NCBI GenBank assembly: GCA_040902535.1
Contig: JBBDXD010000019.1
Coordinates: 6,773-70,772, forward strand
Direction: 5' to 3'
From: Dehalococcoidia bacterium
GTDB taxonomy: Bacteria > Chloroflexota > Dehalococcoidia > DSTF01 > JACRBR01
DNA: 64,000 nt
Shown: positions 26,975 through 36,843 of the stretch, in pieces
How positions within the stretch are numbered: the first letter of the stretch is position 1
Layout of the letters: the number at the start of each line of letters is the position of its first letter
Program-made: the position numbers and the translations under genes
Notes under the pieces: generated by a model
What the model was told of the DNA's origin: nothing
What the model saw: only the letters and a program-made list of their open reading frames with translations
The model's database searches: none

Positions 26975-28561
26975 ATGGCCGCAATCACCGTACGCACCAG
27001 GCGTCCGCTCGACATCCCGATCGCATTGATCGGGACGTCCGCGCTTGTGGCTGCGGCGATGCTGCTGCCCATTGCGTACCTGGTCGTGCGCGTGTGGAAC
27101 GCCGGCGTGTTCTGGGATGAAGTGACGGCGCCAGCAACGCGCGACGCGATCGTGCGCACGGCACTTCTGGCTGCGGCGACGACGGCGGGTGCGATCGCGA
27201 TCTCGCTGCCGCTGGCGTGGCTGACGACGCGCACCGACCTGCCGTTCCGGCGCGCCTGGTCCGTGCTGCTGGTGTTGCCGCTCGCAATCCCGTCGTACGT
27301 CGGGGCGTTCACGTTCATCGCGGCATTGGGACCGCGCGGGATGCTGCAGGATGCGCTGGAGCCGCTGGGCGTCGACCGCTTGCCGGAGATCTATGGCTTC
27401 TGGGGCGCGTGGGCGGCGTTGACGCTCTTCACGTTCCCGTACGTGATGATGCCGGTGCGGGCGTCGTTGCGCGGCATCGACCGCTCGATCGAGGAAGCGG
27501 CGCGCGGGCTTGGCGCGGGCAGTCTTCGCGCATTCGCGCGCGTCACGCTGCCGCAACTGCGGCCGGCGATCGCGGCGGGCGGGCTGCTGGTGGCGCTGTA
27601 CACGTTGAGTGACTTCGGCGCCGTGTCGCTGCTGCGCTTCGATTCGCTGACGCGCATCATCTACGTGCGATACACGTCATCGTTCGACCGGTCGTCGGCG
27701 GCGGCGCTGGCGTTGCTGCTGGTGGCGTTGACGCTCGTCGTTGTGACGCTGGAGAGCGCGACACGTGGCCGCGCGCGGTACCACGCCACATCGCGCCATC
27801 AGCCGCCTTCCGTCGTGCGGCTGGGGCACTGGCGCTGGCCCGCGCTGGCGTTTTGCAGCTTCATCCTGACGGTGTCGCTGTTGCTGCCCGTCTCGGTGAT
27901 CGCGTACTGGCTCTTCCGGGGCATCGACGCCGGCGAGCCCGTAGGCTTCGTCCGCGAAGCGGCGTACAACTCGGTCTACGCGTCAGGGTTCGCGGCGGTG
28001 GCGGCCGCGATCGCGTGCATGCCGGTGGCGATCCTGGCGGTGCGCTATCCGAGCATGCTGAGCAGCGCCATCGAGAAGATCACCTACTCGGGATTCGCGC
28101 TGCCGGGTATTTCGATCGCGCTGGCGCTGGTGTTCTTCGCCGCGAATTACGCTGAGCCGGTGTACCAGACGCTGCCGCTGCTCGTGTTCGCGTACGTCGT
28201 ACGGTTTCTGCCGCAGGCATATGGCGCCGTCCGCGCGTCGCTGTTGCAGGTCAACCCCAACACAGAGACGGCGGCGCGAGGGCTCGGGCGCGGCAAGGCG
28301 TACGTCTTCTGGCGCGTGACGCTTCCGCAGGTGCTGCCCGGGGTGTCCGGAGGGGCCGTGTTAGTCTTTCTTACGGTCATGAAAGAACTGCCTGCGACAC
28401 TCATTCTCAGCCCGATCGGCTTCGATACGCTCGCCACCCGCATCTGGTCCGCGACCTCGGAGGGGTTTTACACGCGCGCCGCATTGCCGGCGCTGATCCT
28501 TGTGGCATTGTCGTCCTTGCCGATGCTGTTCAGCGTATTGCGCGAGGAGCGCCGCGCATGA
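26975..28561 (+). CDS. iron ABC transporter permease (fused two-domain FbpB type)
   Basis: 528 aa, 12 TM, two EAA-like ABC permease loops. Confidence 0.8.
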   Translation: MAAITVRTRRPLDIPIALIGTSALVAAAMLLPIAYLVVRVWNAGVFWDEVTAPATRDAIVRTALLAAATTAGAIAISLPLAWLTTRTDLPFRRAWSVLLVLPLAIPSYVGAFTFIAALGPRGMLQDALEPLGVDRLPEIYGFWGAWAALTLFTFPYVMMPVRASLRGIDRSIEEAARGLGAGSLRAFARVTLPQLRPAIAAGGLLVALYTLSDFGAVSLLRFDSLTRIIYVRYTSSFDRSSAAALALLLVALTLVVVTLESATRGRARYHATSRHQPPSVVRLGHWRWPALAFCSFILTVSLLLPVSVIAYWLFRGIDAGEPVGFVREAAYNSVYASGFAAVAAAIACMPVAILAVRYPSMLSSAIEKITYSGFALPGISIALALVFFAANYAEPVYQTLPLLVFAYVVRFLPQAYGAVRASLLQVNPNTETAARGLGRGKAYVFWRVTLPQVLPGVSGGAVLVFLTVMKELPATLILSPIGFDTLATRIWSATSEGFYTRAALPALILVALSSLPMLFSVLREERRA

Positions 28562-29583
28562 GCGACGGCTTCCTGCGCTGCGAGGCTGTGACGAAGCGCT
28601 TCGGCAGCGTGCCTGCGGTCGATGGCGCCTCGCTTGACGTCGAACGCGGCCACACGCTGGCCCTGCTGGGCGCGAGCGGCTGCGGCAAGACGACGCTCCT
28701 GCGCCTGATCGCCGGATTCGAGCGCCCCGATGCCGGCGTCATCGAACTGGGCGGGCGCAGGTTGAACGGTCCGGGCACCTTCGTCGCGCCCGAGAAGCGG
28801 CGCGTCGGGTTGGTGTTCCAGGACTTCGCGCTGTTCCCGCACCTGAGCGTCGCGTCGAACGTGGCGTTCGGCATGACGGGCCGCAACGGTCGCCGCGCGC
28901 GCATCGAGGAGTTGCTGGCGCTGGTCGGGCTCGAGGGCCTGGGAGCGCGCATGCCGCATCAACTCTCGGGCGGACAGCAGCAGCGCGTGGCGCTCGCGCG
29001 TTCGCTCGCGGCGGAGCCAGAGCTGATCCTGCTCGACGAACCCTTCTCGAACCTCGACTCGGCGCTGCGACAACGCGTCCGCGCCGAAGTGCGGCAGATC
29101 ATCGAGACGCTCGGCACAACGGCGATCTTCGTGACGCATGACCAGGAGGAGGCGCTGAGCCTCGCCGAGCACATCGCCGTGATGATCGAGGGCCGCATCG
29201 AGCAGGTCGGGCGCCCGGAAGAGGTCTACGGCCGCCCGGCGACGCGCGCCGTCGCCGAGTTCTTGGGCGACGCTAACTTCCTGCGTGGGGAGGCGCGCGA
29301 AGGCGCCGTCACGACGTCGATCGGCGTGATTTCGGCTCCCGAATCGCCGGCGGGCGCCGTAGAAGTGATGGTGCGCCCCGAAGATCTGCTCCTGTCATCC
29401 GAAGGTGGCGCGCCCGTGGAAGTCGTGAGCCACGAGTATTACGGCCACGATCAGATGGTCACGGTGCGCCTCCAGGGCGGCTCACTCGTGAAGGTGCGCG
29501 AGATCGCCGGGCACGCGTTCACGTCGGGCCAGAAGCTCGGCCTGCAGGTGCGCGGCCGCGTCGTGGTGTTTCCGGACCGCTAA
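28558..29583 (+). CDS. ABC transporter ATP-binding protein (FbpC type)
   Basis: Walker A GASGCGKTT, signature LSGGQQQRV, Walker B ILLDEPFS; C-terminal TOBE-like domain. Confidence 0.85.
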   Translation: MSDGFLRCEAVTKRFGSVPAVDGASLDVERGHTLALLGASGCGKTTLLRLIAGFERPDAGVIELGGRRLNGPGTFVAPEKRRVGLVFQDFALFPHLSVASNVAFGMTGRNGRRARIEELLALVGLEGLGARMPHQLSGGQQQRVALARSLAAEPELILLDEPFSNLDSALRQRVRAEVRQIIETLGTTAIFVTHDQEEALSLAEHIAVMIEGRIEQVGRPEEVYGRPATRAVAEFLGDANFLRGEAREGAVTTSIGVISAPESPAGAVEVMVRPEDLLLSSEGGAPVEVVSHEYYGHDQMVTVRLQGGSLVKVREIAGHAFTSGQKLGLQVRGRVVVFPDR

Positions 29584-29619
29584 AGCTTAGACGCACTCCG
29601 GCTTCTCCCCAAGACGATC

Positions 29620-29637
29620 GATTAGCATATACTCATC
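29620..29637. promoter_or_regulatory. palindrome GATtAGcATATaCTcATC upstream of ideR; candidate auto-operator
   Basis: 14/18 self-complementary, centred on ATAT, 23 bp upstream of ATG. Confidence 0.35.
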
Positions 29638-29660
29638 CCCAACCCCCAAGGAGCGCATCG

Positions 29661-30362
29661 ATGGCGAACGCAGCCACGACGAACGATCACCCCACCGACA
29701 CGATCGAGGACTATCTCCAGACGATCTACAGCCTGGAGACGGAAGGCGAGAAGCCGATCTCGGCGCGGCTGGCGCGCTGGATGAACGTGACGCCGCCGAC
29801 GGCGTGGGCGACCGTGCAGCGCATGCACCGCGACGGGCTGGTGGAACTGGACGAAAAGAAGGTGATCCACCTCACCGAGCACGGGCGCGAGCTGGCGATG
29901 AGCGTCGCGCGGCGCCACCGGCTCGCGGAGCGCTTTCTGACGGACGTGCTAAAGCTCGGCTGGGCGGAGGCGCACCACCAGGCGCACCAGTTCGAGCACG
30001 GCATGACGCCGCTCATCGAAGAGCGGCTCTTCAAGCTGCTCGATAATCCGATGACGTGCCCGCACGGCAGCCCGATTCCCGGCACAGGCGCGGTGCTCGG
30101 GCCCGACTGGGTGCCGCTCGACACGCTCGCGCCCGGCGATGGCGCGGTGATGAAGTTCATCTCGGAGGAGCTTGAAGAGGACACGGAACTGCTCGGCTAC
30201 TTGGACCGTCACAACCTGAAGCCGGGACAGGAGATCCGGATCGTCGAGAAGGTGACGTCGACGGGGCTGATCTCGATCGATAACGGCAACGAAACGGTGT
30301 CGCTGGGGTTGGCGGTGGCGGGGCGGATGCGGGTGTTGCCGGTCGACGGGACGAGCGAATAG
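29661..30362 (+). CDS. DtxR/IdeR-family iron-dependent transcriptional repressor with C-terminal FeoA/SH3-like domain
   Basis: N-terminal wHTH, metal-site residues in HRLAERFL, MTCPHGSPIP; FeoA-like C-terminal domain. Confidence 0.85.
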   Translation: MANAATTNDHPTDTIEDYLQTIYSLETEGEKPISARLARWMNVTPPTAWATVQRMHRDGLVELDEKKVIHLTEHGRELAMSVARRHRLAERFLTDVLKLGWAEAHHQAHQFEHGMTPLIEERLFKLLDNPMTCPHGSPIPGTGAVLGPDWVPLDTLAPGDGAVMKFISEELEEDTELLGYLDRHNLKPGQEIRIVEKVTSTGLISIDNGNETVSLGLAVAGRMRVLPVDGTSE

Positions 30363-30485
30363 CGGATGAGGGACGACGAAGCAAAAACGCAAACGGCAAG
30401 AGCAATCGGGAATCATCAAGGCTACCTCGATGAGCATGCTTGGCGGTACAACCATCGCTCTGACGAGCGGGCGCAGTTTGGGACG

Positions 30486-30623
30486 TTACTTCGGCGGGCA
30501 CTTGCGCGGTGACGCTTTCGACACCTTCCGCAAGTCCTTCATGAAGTCGCTGCGCTTGGGAACGGGAATCTCCGCGCCCTGCTTCGTGCGCTGCTTCGTC
30601 TTGTCTTCGCGCTTGCCGTTGTT
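30486..30623 (-). CDS. possible small basic protein (46 aa)
   Basis: MNNGKREDKTKQRTKQGAEIPVPKRSDFMKDLRKV; Lys-rich in AT-richer islet; divergent from 30643 gene; weak. Confidence 0.25.
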   Translation of the reverse strand, partial: NNGKREDKTKQRTKQGAEIPVPKRSDFMKDLRKVSKASPRKCPPK

Positions 30624-30642
30624 CATGAGGTGAGTTGACTCC

Positions 30643-31431
30643 ATGCCCATAGCAGAGTTGGTCGGCGTAGCGTTGCGGCTCGAACGAGCGTACGAGCACA
30701 TCGATGCTCTCAAGCACGAATCGCGGATGTTCATGATGGAGCTTCCGCAGCCCTATGCCATCACCATCGATAGTGAACTCGAAGGCGGAGAGCATATCGT
30801 GAGGGCCAAAGTGTTCCGTCGCCCGCCAGCGCGTCTCGGCATCCTGGCCATCGATGCTGCGCACAACCTCCGCGCGGCACTCGACATGGTTGCGTGGGAG
30901 TTGGCCCTCAAAGGGGATGATCCGCCGCCCCGAGACGATAGCCACACAGCGTTCCCCATTTGCACTAAGCCAGAGTATTGGGAATCGAATGGCACAAAGC
31001 GGAAGATCGAGCGAATCCCCTCTGAAGCGGTTGAGGTCATCAGGTCGTTTCAGCCGTACAACCGCTCACACACCGAGCCGCCCCGTCTCAGAGTGGTGCA
31101 ATCGCTGGATAACTGGGGCAAGCACAAAGCTATACCAGAGATCACGAGTTTCTACATCGGACGCCTCACCATCCTGTCCGGATATGAACTCATCTCGTTC
31201 AACACCCGTGCGTTCGAGGACGGCGACGAAGTAGGCCGCGTCCGACGGATTGGCCCGCGGAATGATACGAATGAGCGCTTCCACGCGGAGGCCCTGTGCC
31301 ACGTAGGGTTCTCTGTTGATGGCCCCGCGTATGGCTGGCCCATCGACTTCCTTGAGAACGCCTACAAGACGATCAGTGACGAGATAGTGCCAGCCTTCCA
31401 GCGATTCTTTGAGATCGTGCCGGGTAACTAG
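30643..31431 (+). CDS. hypothetical protein (no recognisable domain) in low-GC islet
   Basis: 262-aa ORF with balanced composition in a ~1-kb AT-richer stretch between ideR and an aldo/keto reductase. Confidence 0.5.
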   Translation: MPIAELVGVALRLERAYEHIDALKHESRMFMMELPQPYAITIDSELEGGEHIVRAKVFRRPPARLGILAIDAAHNLRAALDMVAWELALKGDDPPPRDDSHTAFPICTKPEYWESNGTKRKIERIPSEAVEVIRSFQPYNRSHTEPPRLRVVQSLDNWGKHKAIPEITSFYIGRLTILSGYELISFNTRAFEDGDEVGRVRRIGPRNDTNERFHAEALCHVGFSVDGPAYGWPIDFLENAYKTISDEIVPAFQRFFEIVPGN

Positions 31432-31573
31432 CCTGCCAAGCGTTTGCATGTTGACTCCTTAGTCCTTATACAGACAAAGGATAATTGCAACAGCCAACCG
31501 TCAATGGCGAACAGCGAAACAGCCAACAGCACAACAGAAAGACCACAGAGGCGCACGTCACAGGAGCTACGCA

Positions 31574-32437
31574 ATGATTCCTGCGCAGCCTTTCGGGAAG
31601 ACCGGGCACCACAGCACGAAGATCATCTTCGGCGCGGCGGCGATGTGGGGCGCGAGCGATGCTAGCGAGACGGCGCCGGTGCTCGACGTGCTGCTGCGAT
31701 ACGGCATCAACCACATCGACACGGCCGCGAGCTACGGTCGCTCGGAGCGCCGCGTCGGCGAGTGGATGGGCGCGCATCGCGACAAGTTCTTCCTCGCGAC
31801 GAAGACCGGCGAGCGCACGTACGAAAAGGCGCGCGACCAGTTTCGACATTCGCTCGAGCGGCTGCAGGTGCAGAGCGTCGACCTGCTGCAACTGCACAAT
31901 CTCGTCGATCCCGGCGAATGGGAGACGGCGCTGGCGCCCGGCGGCGCGCTCGAAGCGGCGGTCGAAGCGCGCGACGCGGGCCTGACGCGCTTCATCGGCG
32001 TGACCGGGCACGGCGTTACGGTCGCGGCGATGCACCTGCGCAGCCTCGAGCGCTTTCCGTTCGACTCCGTGCTGCTGCCGTACAACTACGTGATGATGCA
32101 GAACCCGCAGTACGCCGCCGACTTCGAGCAGCTCTCGAAGCTGTGCGCGGAGCGCGGCGTCGCCATGCAGACGATCAAGGGCATCACGCTCGGCCCGTGG
32201 AGCGATGAGCAACAGCGCACGCACACGACGTGGTACGAGCCGCTGACGGAACAGCGCGACATCGACCTCGCAGTGAGCTACGTGCTCGGCCGCGACGGCA
32301 TCTTCCTGAACACCGTCGGCGACCTCTCGCTGCTGCCGCGCGTGCTCGACGCCGCGTCGCGCGCTTCCGGGCGGCCGGCGGACGCCGACATGCGCTCGCT
32401 CGTCGCGAGCCGCGCCATGACGCCGCTGTTCGTGTGA
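31574..32437 (+). CDS. aldo/keto reductase
   Basis: [31 protein letters not shown] motifs. Confidence 0.8.
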   Translation: MIPAQPFGKTGHHSTKIIFGAAAMWGASDASETAPVLDVLLRYGINHIDTAASYGRSERRVGEWMGAHRDKFFLATKTGERTYEKARDQFRHSLERLQVQSVDLLQLHNLVDPGEWETALAPGGALEAAVEARDAGLTRFIGVTGHGVTVAAMHLRSLERFPFDSVLLPYNYVMMQNPQYAADFEQLSKLCAERGVAMQTIKGITLGPWSDEQQRTHTTWYEPLTEQRDIDLAVSYVLGRDGIFLNTVGDLSLLPRVLDAASRASGRPADADMRSLVASRAMTPLFV

Positions 32438-32478
32438 GTGGAGTTCCAAGTCTTAGGTTTAAGTTCTAAGTGCGTCGT

Positions 32479-32940
32479 TCAATGATGATGCGCTTCGCCC
32501 AGGATCGCGTCTTCGCGCACGCGCATGTTGCGCTCGTCATCGGCGATCTCGTGGTCGTAGCCGAGCAGATGCAGAATGCCGTGCACGAGAAGATGCGAAA
32601 CTTCGTCCTGCAGCGACAGTCCGTACTCCTCCGCCTGGCGACGCGCCGTATCGATCGAGATGATGACGTCGCCGAGATGCGGCGACGCTTCAGCCGGACG
32701 CGCGAAGCCGTCGCCTTCCGTCTGCGAGAATGACAGCACGTCGGTCGGCGCGTCGATGCCGAGGTACTCGCGGTTGAGCGCCTGCACCATGGCGTCGCCG
32801 GCGAGCACGATGCTCAGTTCCGACGGCTTCACGACATCCTCCGCCTCGAGCACACGATGCGCGAGCCGCTCCAGTTCATGCGCATCGACGCCCGCTTCGC
32901 GCGCGTCCGACTGGAACTCGATGACGTAGCCGCTCATGCA
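32479..32940 (-). CDS. ybeY: rRNA maturation endoribonuclease YbeY
   Basis: 154 aa; HLLVHGILHLLGYDH zinc-binding motif. Confidence 0.9.
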   Translation of the reverse strand, partial: CMSGYVIEFQSDAREAGVDAHELERLAHRVLEAEDVVKPSELSIVLAGDAMVQALNREYLGIDAPTDVLSFSQTEGDGFARPAEASPHLGDVIISIDTARRQAEEYGLSLQDEVSHLLVHGILHLLGYDHEIADDERNMRVREDAILGEAHHH

Positions 32941-33162
32941 CGGATCGTATGTCGTGGGCGTGAGCGGAGCCAGTGCGGGGCGGTGCGGGCGCCGCCCGTT
33001 CGTCGCGACGCTGAAGCGGCCGCCGCCGGCCGCATCAGCCCACAATCGGTGAGAAGGAGGTGGATACTCCGCATCCGCGCCGGCGCCCGCACGGACGATC
33101 TACGTGCGGGTGAGTGCGCCGGTTCTTGAGCCGCGTGCCCCGGCACGATGTGGAGGGCCTCG

Positions 33163-33693
33163 CTACGGGGCGTCCGCCGCGTGCTGGGACCGGCGCGATG
33201 CAGAAACGGTCTGCCCGAGGTTCTTCGGGCCATCGCTGAGCGTGGCGGCCTCCGCGGCGGAGAGTGACTTCTTCAACTGGCCAAACGCGAAGTTGTGCTC
33301 ACCCGTCGTCGCGTCGACCGGGATCGTCGCGAGCAGTTGTTCGACGGTCATCGCCTTCGCGCCGGCGATGGCGTAGAGCTTGAAGATCGCGCCCAAGCCG
33401 ATGCCCCGGGCGTGCAGTGCGGTGACCTCGTCGGGTTGCACGCCGTAGGCTTCTGCGATGATCGCGGCCATGTCGACCGGCGTCTCGCCGTCCTCCTGCT
33501 GCTCCTGGAGGTTGCTGCTTACCGCCGTCTCGTGATCCGCCGCGTCGCTGCGCCGTTCCAGCGCCACCGCCGCTGCGTGCTCATCGCTGCGCCCGCGGTC
33601 GGAGAACGCGTAGGCGCTGCCGCCCGCGAGCATCGCGACGAGCGCGAGCGCAGCTACGCCGCTCCCGATGATCCAGCCCTTGGTCATGAGCAT
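33163..33693 (-). CDS. secreted hypothetical protein
   Basis: Signal peptide/TM MLMTKGWIIGSGVAALALVAMLAGGSAYA; Ala/Glu-rich mature region. Confidence 0.45.
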   Translation of the reverse strand: MLMTKGWIIGSGVAALALVAMLAGGSAYAFSDRGRSDEHAAAVALERRSDAADHETAVSSNLQEQQEDGETPVDMAAIIAEAYGVQPDEVTALHARGIGLGAIFKLYAIAGAKAMTVEQLLATIPVDATTGEHNFAFGQLKKSLSAAEAATLSDGPKNLGQTVSASRRSQHAADAP

Positions 33694-33837
33694 CCTCCGT
33701 TTGGTTAACGACTCAAGTGTCGGATCCGCGACGGGCGCGCGTCAACCCCGGATGGCGCGCAAAAGCCGGTTCGGCGTGTCGCGAGTCAAGAAACGAGGCT
33801 GGCGCGCCGGTCGCCTCACCCCGCCCCTCGCGCGGGA

Positions 33838-34020
33838 ACATCCGCGTCGCGGACGCAGCTAAGGCGGCAACTCGCCACACCCCACCCCCCTGTGCGCGGG
33901 AACATCCGCGCGCGGACGCAGCTAAGGCTACGTCCCTACGATCGGGTCGATCGCGACGATGGCGTGGGACAACGACTTGCTGGAGCTACGTCCCTACTAT
34001 CGCGTTCGATCGCGGAGACC
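33838..34020. repeat. REP-like repeat cluster: two gaacatccgcg(t/c)gcggacgcagctaaggc sub-repeats followed by two tandem ~50-bp units starting gctacgtccctac(g/t)atcg
   Basis: Units share core with 3179-3202 / 3308-3333 and inverted 39290-39345. Confidence 0.7.
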
Positions 34021-34042
34021 GCGTGGGGAATGACTTGCGCGA

Positions 34043-34654
34043 TCAGACGTCCTGGCGGTTTTCGATCGCGCGCGAGAGCGTGACGTCATCGGCGTACTCG
34101 AGGTCGCTGCCCATCGGCAGGCCGCGCGCGAGCCGCGTCACGCGGACGCCGAGCGGCGTCAGCAAGCGGCTCACGTACATCGATGTCGCTTCGCCTTCCA
34201 GGTTGGGGTTCGTCGCCATGATCACTTCGTGCACGGAGCCGCCTCGAATGCGCGCCAGCAACTCGTTGATCTTGAGATCGTCGGGGCCAATGCCGTCCAT
34301 CGGGGAGATGACGCCGTGCAGGACGTGGTAGCGCCCGTGAAAACCCCGCGTGCGCTCGACGGCGAGAATATCGAGCGGCTCCTCGACGACGCAGATGACC
34401 GAGCGGTCGCGGCTGTCGTCGCGGCAGACGGAGCAGGGGTCCTCTTCGGTGACGTTCTGACACGTCGAGCAGAGGACCGTGCGCTCCTTCAGGTCGATGA
34501 CGGCCTGGGCCAGCGCGAGCGCTTCGTCCGGCGGGATGCGCAGGAGATGGTACGTGAGGCGCTGTGCGCTCTTGGGGCCGATGCCCGGGAGCTTGTGGAA
34601 CTCTTCGATGAGCTTGGCGACGGGTGCGGGTGCGGCGGTGAGCGGTTCGTTCAT
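34043..34654 (-). CDS. recR: recombination protein RecR
   Basis: HhH (KLPGIGPKSAQRL), C4 zinc finger CSTCQNVTEEDPCSVC, Toprim. Confidence 0.9.
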   Translation of the reverse strand: MNEPLTAAPAPVAKLIEEFHKLPGIGPKSAQRLTYHLLRIPPDEALALAQAVIDLKERTVLCSTCQNVTEEDPCSVCRDDSRDRSVICVVEEPLDILAVERTRGFHGRYHVLHGVISPMDGIGPDDLKINELLARIRGGSVHEVIMATNPNLEGEATSMYVSRLLTPLGVRVTRLARGLPMGSDLEYADDVTLSRAIENRQDV

Positions 34655-34727
34655 CGGATGCGGCCGGTTCCGGCGCTCCGATGCGCGGGTGGCGCATGTG
34701 GCAGGCCGGTCGCGACGCCGTCTCTTC

Positions 34728-35051
34728 CTAGGGCTGCAAACCCGGTACGCCGCCGATGCCGAGGCTCCCCGCGAGTCCGGCAAGCTGCGACATCTGCATC
34801 GACTGCACCTTCGCGAGCACCTCGTTGAGCGCCGCCGTCAGCATGTCCTCTAGCATCTCCGGGTCATCGGGATCGATCACTTCCTTATCGATGTGGAGCG
34901 AATCGATCTTCATGCCGCCGGTCACGGTGACCTTCACCATGCCGCCACCGGCCGAGCCTTCGGCTTTCTGCTCGGCCAGATCCGACTGCGCCTTCACCAG
35001 GCGCTCCTGCATCTGCGCGAGCTTCGCCATCATGTCGCGGTTCATGGCCAT
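34728..35051 (-). CDS. ybaB: YbaB/EbfC nucleoid-associated protein
   Basis: 107 aa; MMAKLAQMQERL...GMVKVTVTG...LEDMLTAALNE. Confidence 0.85.
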   Translation of the reverse strand: MAMNRDMMAKLAQMQERLVKAQSDLAEQKAEGSAGGGMVKVTVTGGMKIDSLHIDKEVIDPDDPEMLEDMLTAALNEVLAKVQSMQMSQLAGLAGSLGIGGVPGLQP

Positions 35052-35064
35052 GGGCCGGGGCTCC

Positions 35065-36843
35065 CTACTCGTCCGTCACGATCTTTGCGCCGTGGTTCTG
35101 CACGGCGTGCTGCACCAGCGGGCTCTTCGATACCGGCTTCGCGGACTTCTCGACAATGATACATCGCAGCGTCACCGGCGCGCCGAGCAACTCCGACGCG
35201 ATCGCTTCGTATTGCTTGCGGTTCGCCGCCTGTTCGACTTCCTTCTTGTGATGCGCATCCTGGTAGAAGCCGAGCGTAAGCACGCCGTCCTCGAACGACA
35301 CCGCGTGGCACGAACCGTTGAGCAGCGCGTCGAGCTTCACCGTGCGCTTGCGGGCTTCCGGCCGCAACTGCGCATCGACGAACGAAGCGAGATCGATGCT
35401 GCCGTTCGACGTCTTGCCATTCGCAGCCGCGGGCGCGGCGGCGTGCGTCGTCGGAGCCGCAGGTTCGACGGGCTCGTCCGCCGCCTCCGGGATCACCGGC
35501 GAGGTGCTGCCAACCATCTTCGCGATGTCTTCGGGCGAAGCGCCCGTGATGTTGTCCTTGCGCAGGTCGGCCGGCACACGGTCGGCGGCGGGCTTCGTCG
35601 CGGGCGCTGGTGGCGTCGGGCGCGCGGGCGCGGGACGCGCGTTTGCCTGCGGGCGGTTCGAGAACTCCGGCACCCGCGTCGGTGGCGGCTGCCGCTGCGC
35701 CTGTGGGCGCGCCGCCGGCTCCGGCGCCGAGCGCACCGATACGTCGGGCGCCACGGTCGATTCGGCGAGCGCGATCTCGAGCGGCAGCGGCGACAGCGGG
35801 TCCTGTCGCAGATCCGCCTGGCTGAGCAGCTTCAATACTTGCACGATCTTGTCGCGCGACACGTTCTCGACGCTCGCGCGCGCGTCCTGCACCTGCTCGG
35901 GCGTCAGCAGGCCGCCTGCCTCAGCGCCCGCTTGCACGAGCAGCAGTTCGCGGAGGCGCAAGAGCACTTCCTTCTGGAACTGGATCAGGTTGCGCCCATC
36001 GTCGCGCACGGCGTTGACGATCTGGAGCGCGCGCGCCAGGTCGCCCTTCACCGCCGCGAGCGCGACATCGCTCGAACGTTCGTCGGCGACGAGACCGAGG
36101 CCTTCGCGCACCGCTTCGAGCGACGCGTCGGCGCCGTAGGAGTCGCAGATCTGTTCGAGCAGGTTGATCGCGTCCCGCAGGCTGCCGGTCGCGGCGCGCG
36201 CGATCAGCTCGAGCGCCTCGCGCGGGATGTGCAGGTCTTCCTGCTGCGCGATGTACTCCAGCCGGTCGGTCGTCGCCGACAGGGGGATGCGTTTGAAGTC
36301 GTGCCGCTGGCAGCGCGATACGATCGTCGCCGGCACCTTGTGCGCGTCCGTCGTCGCCATGATGAAGACGATGTGCGGCGGCGGCTCTTCCAGCGTCTTC
36401 AGAAGCGCGTTGAACGCCGGGTCGGTGAGCATGTGCACCTCGTCGATGAGGTAGACCTTGTGCGCCAGCGCGCCGCCGGTCGGCGCGTAGCCGATCTTGT
36501 CGCGGAGCTGGCGGATCTCTTCGACGCCGCGGTTGCTGGCGCCGTCCATCTCGACCAGGTCCAGCGCGCGTCCCTCGTCGTACGCCACGCACGATGCGCA
36601 GGCGTTGCACGGCTCGCCGGGGCTTTTCTTCTGGTCGACGGCGTTCTTCTCGCAGTTGATCGCCTTCGCGAGCAGCCTGCCGACAGTCGTCTTGCCGGTG
36701 CCGCGCGGCCCGGAGAACAGGTAGGCGTGCGACACCTTGTGCGATGTCAACGCGTTGATCAGCGTGCGCGTGACGATCTCCTGACCGGAGACGTCGGCAA
36801 AGCGCTGCGGGCGCCATTTTCGATAGAGAACTTCGGTCGGCAT
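35065..36843 (-). CDS. dnaX: DNA polymerase III subunit gamma/tau
   Basis: Walker A GPRGTGKTT, clamp-loader Zn module CNACASC, SRC/sensor motifs; Pro/Ala-rich linker. Confidence 0.9.
   Translation of the reverse strand: MPTEVLYRKWRPQRFADVSGQEIVTRTLINALTSHKVSHAYLFSGPRGTGKTTVGRLLAKAINCEKNAVDQKKSPGEPCNACASCVAYDEGRALDLVEMDGASNRGVEEIRQLRDKIGYAPTGGALAHKVYLIDEVHMLTDPAFNALLKTLEEPPPHIVFIMATTDAHKVPATIVSRCQRHDFKRIPLSATTDRLEYIAQQEDLHIPREALELIARAATGSLRDAINLLEQICDSYGADASLEAVREGLGLVADERSSDVALAAVKGDLARALQIVNAVRDDGRNLIQFQKEVLLRLRELLLVQAGAEAGGLLTPEQVQDARASVENVSRDKIVQVLKLLSQADLRQDPLSPLPLEIALAESTVAPDVSVRSAPEPAARPQAQRQPPPTRVPEFSNRPQANARPAPARPTPPAPATKPAADRVPADLRKDNITGASPEDIAKMVGSTSPVIPEAADEPVEPAAPTTHAAAPAAANGKTSNGSIDLASFVDAQLRPEARKRTVKLDALLNGSCHAVSFEDGVLTLGFYQDAHHKKEVEQAANRKQYEAIASELLGAPVTLRCIIVEKSAKPVSKSPLVQHAVQNHGAKIVTDE

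Noticed and set aside
30430-30633. 67-aa plus-strand ORF MSMLGGTTIAL...
   Set aside because: Overlaps the more protein-like Lys-rich minus-strand small ORF in antisense; Cys/Phe/Arg-rich composition looks non-coding.
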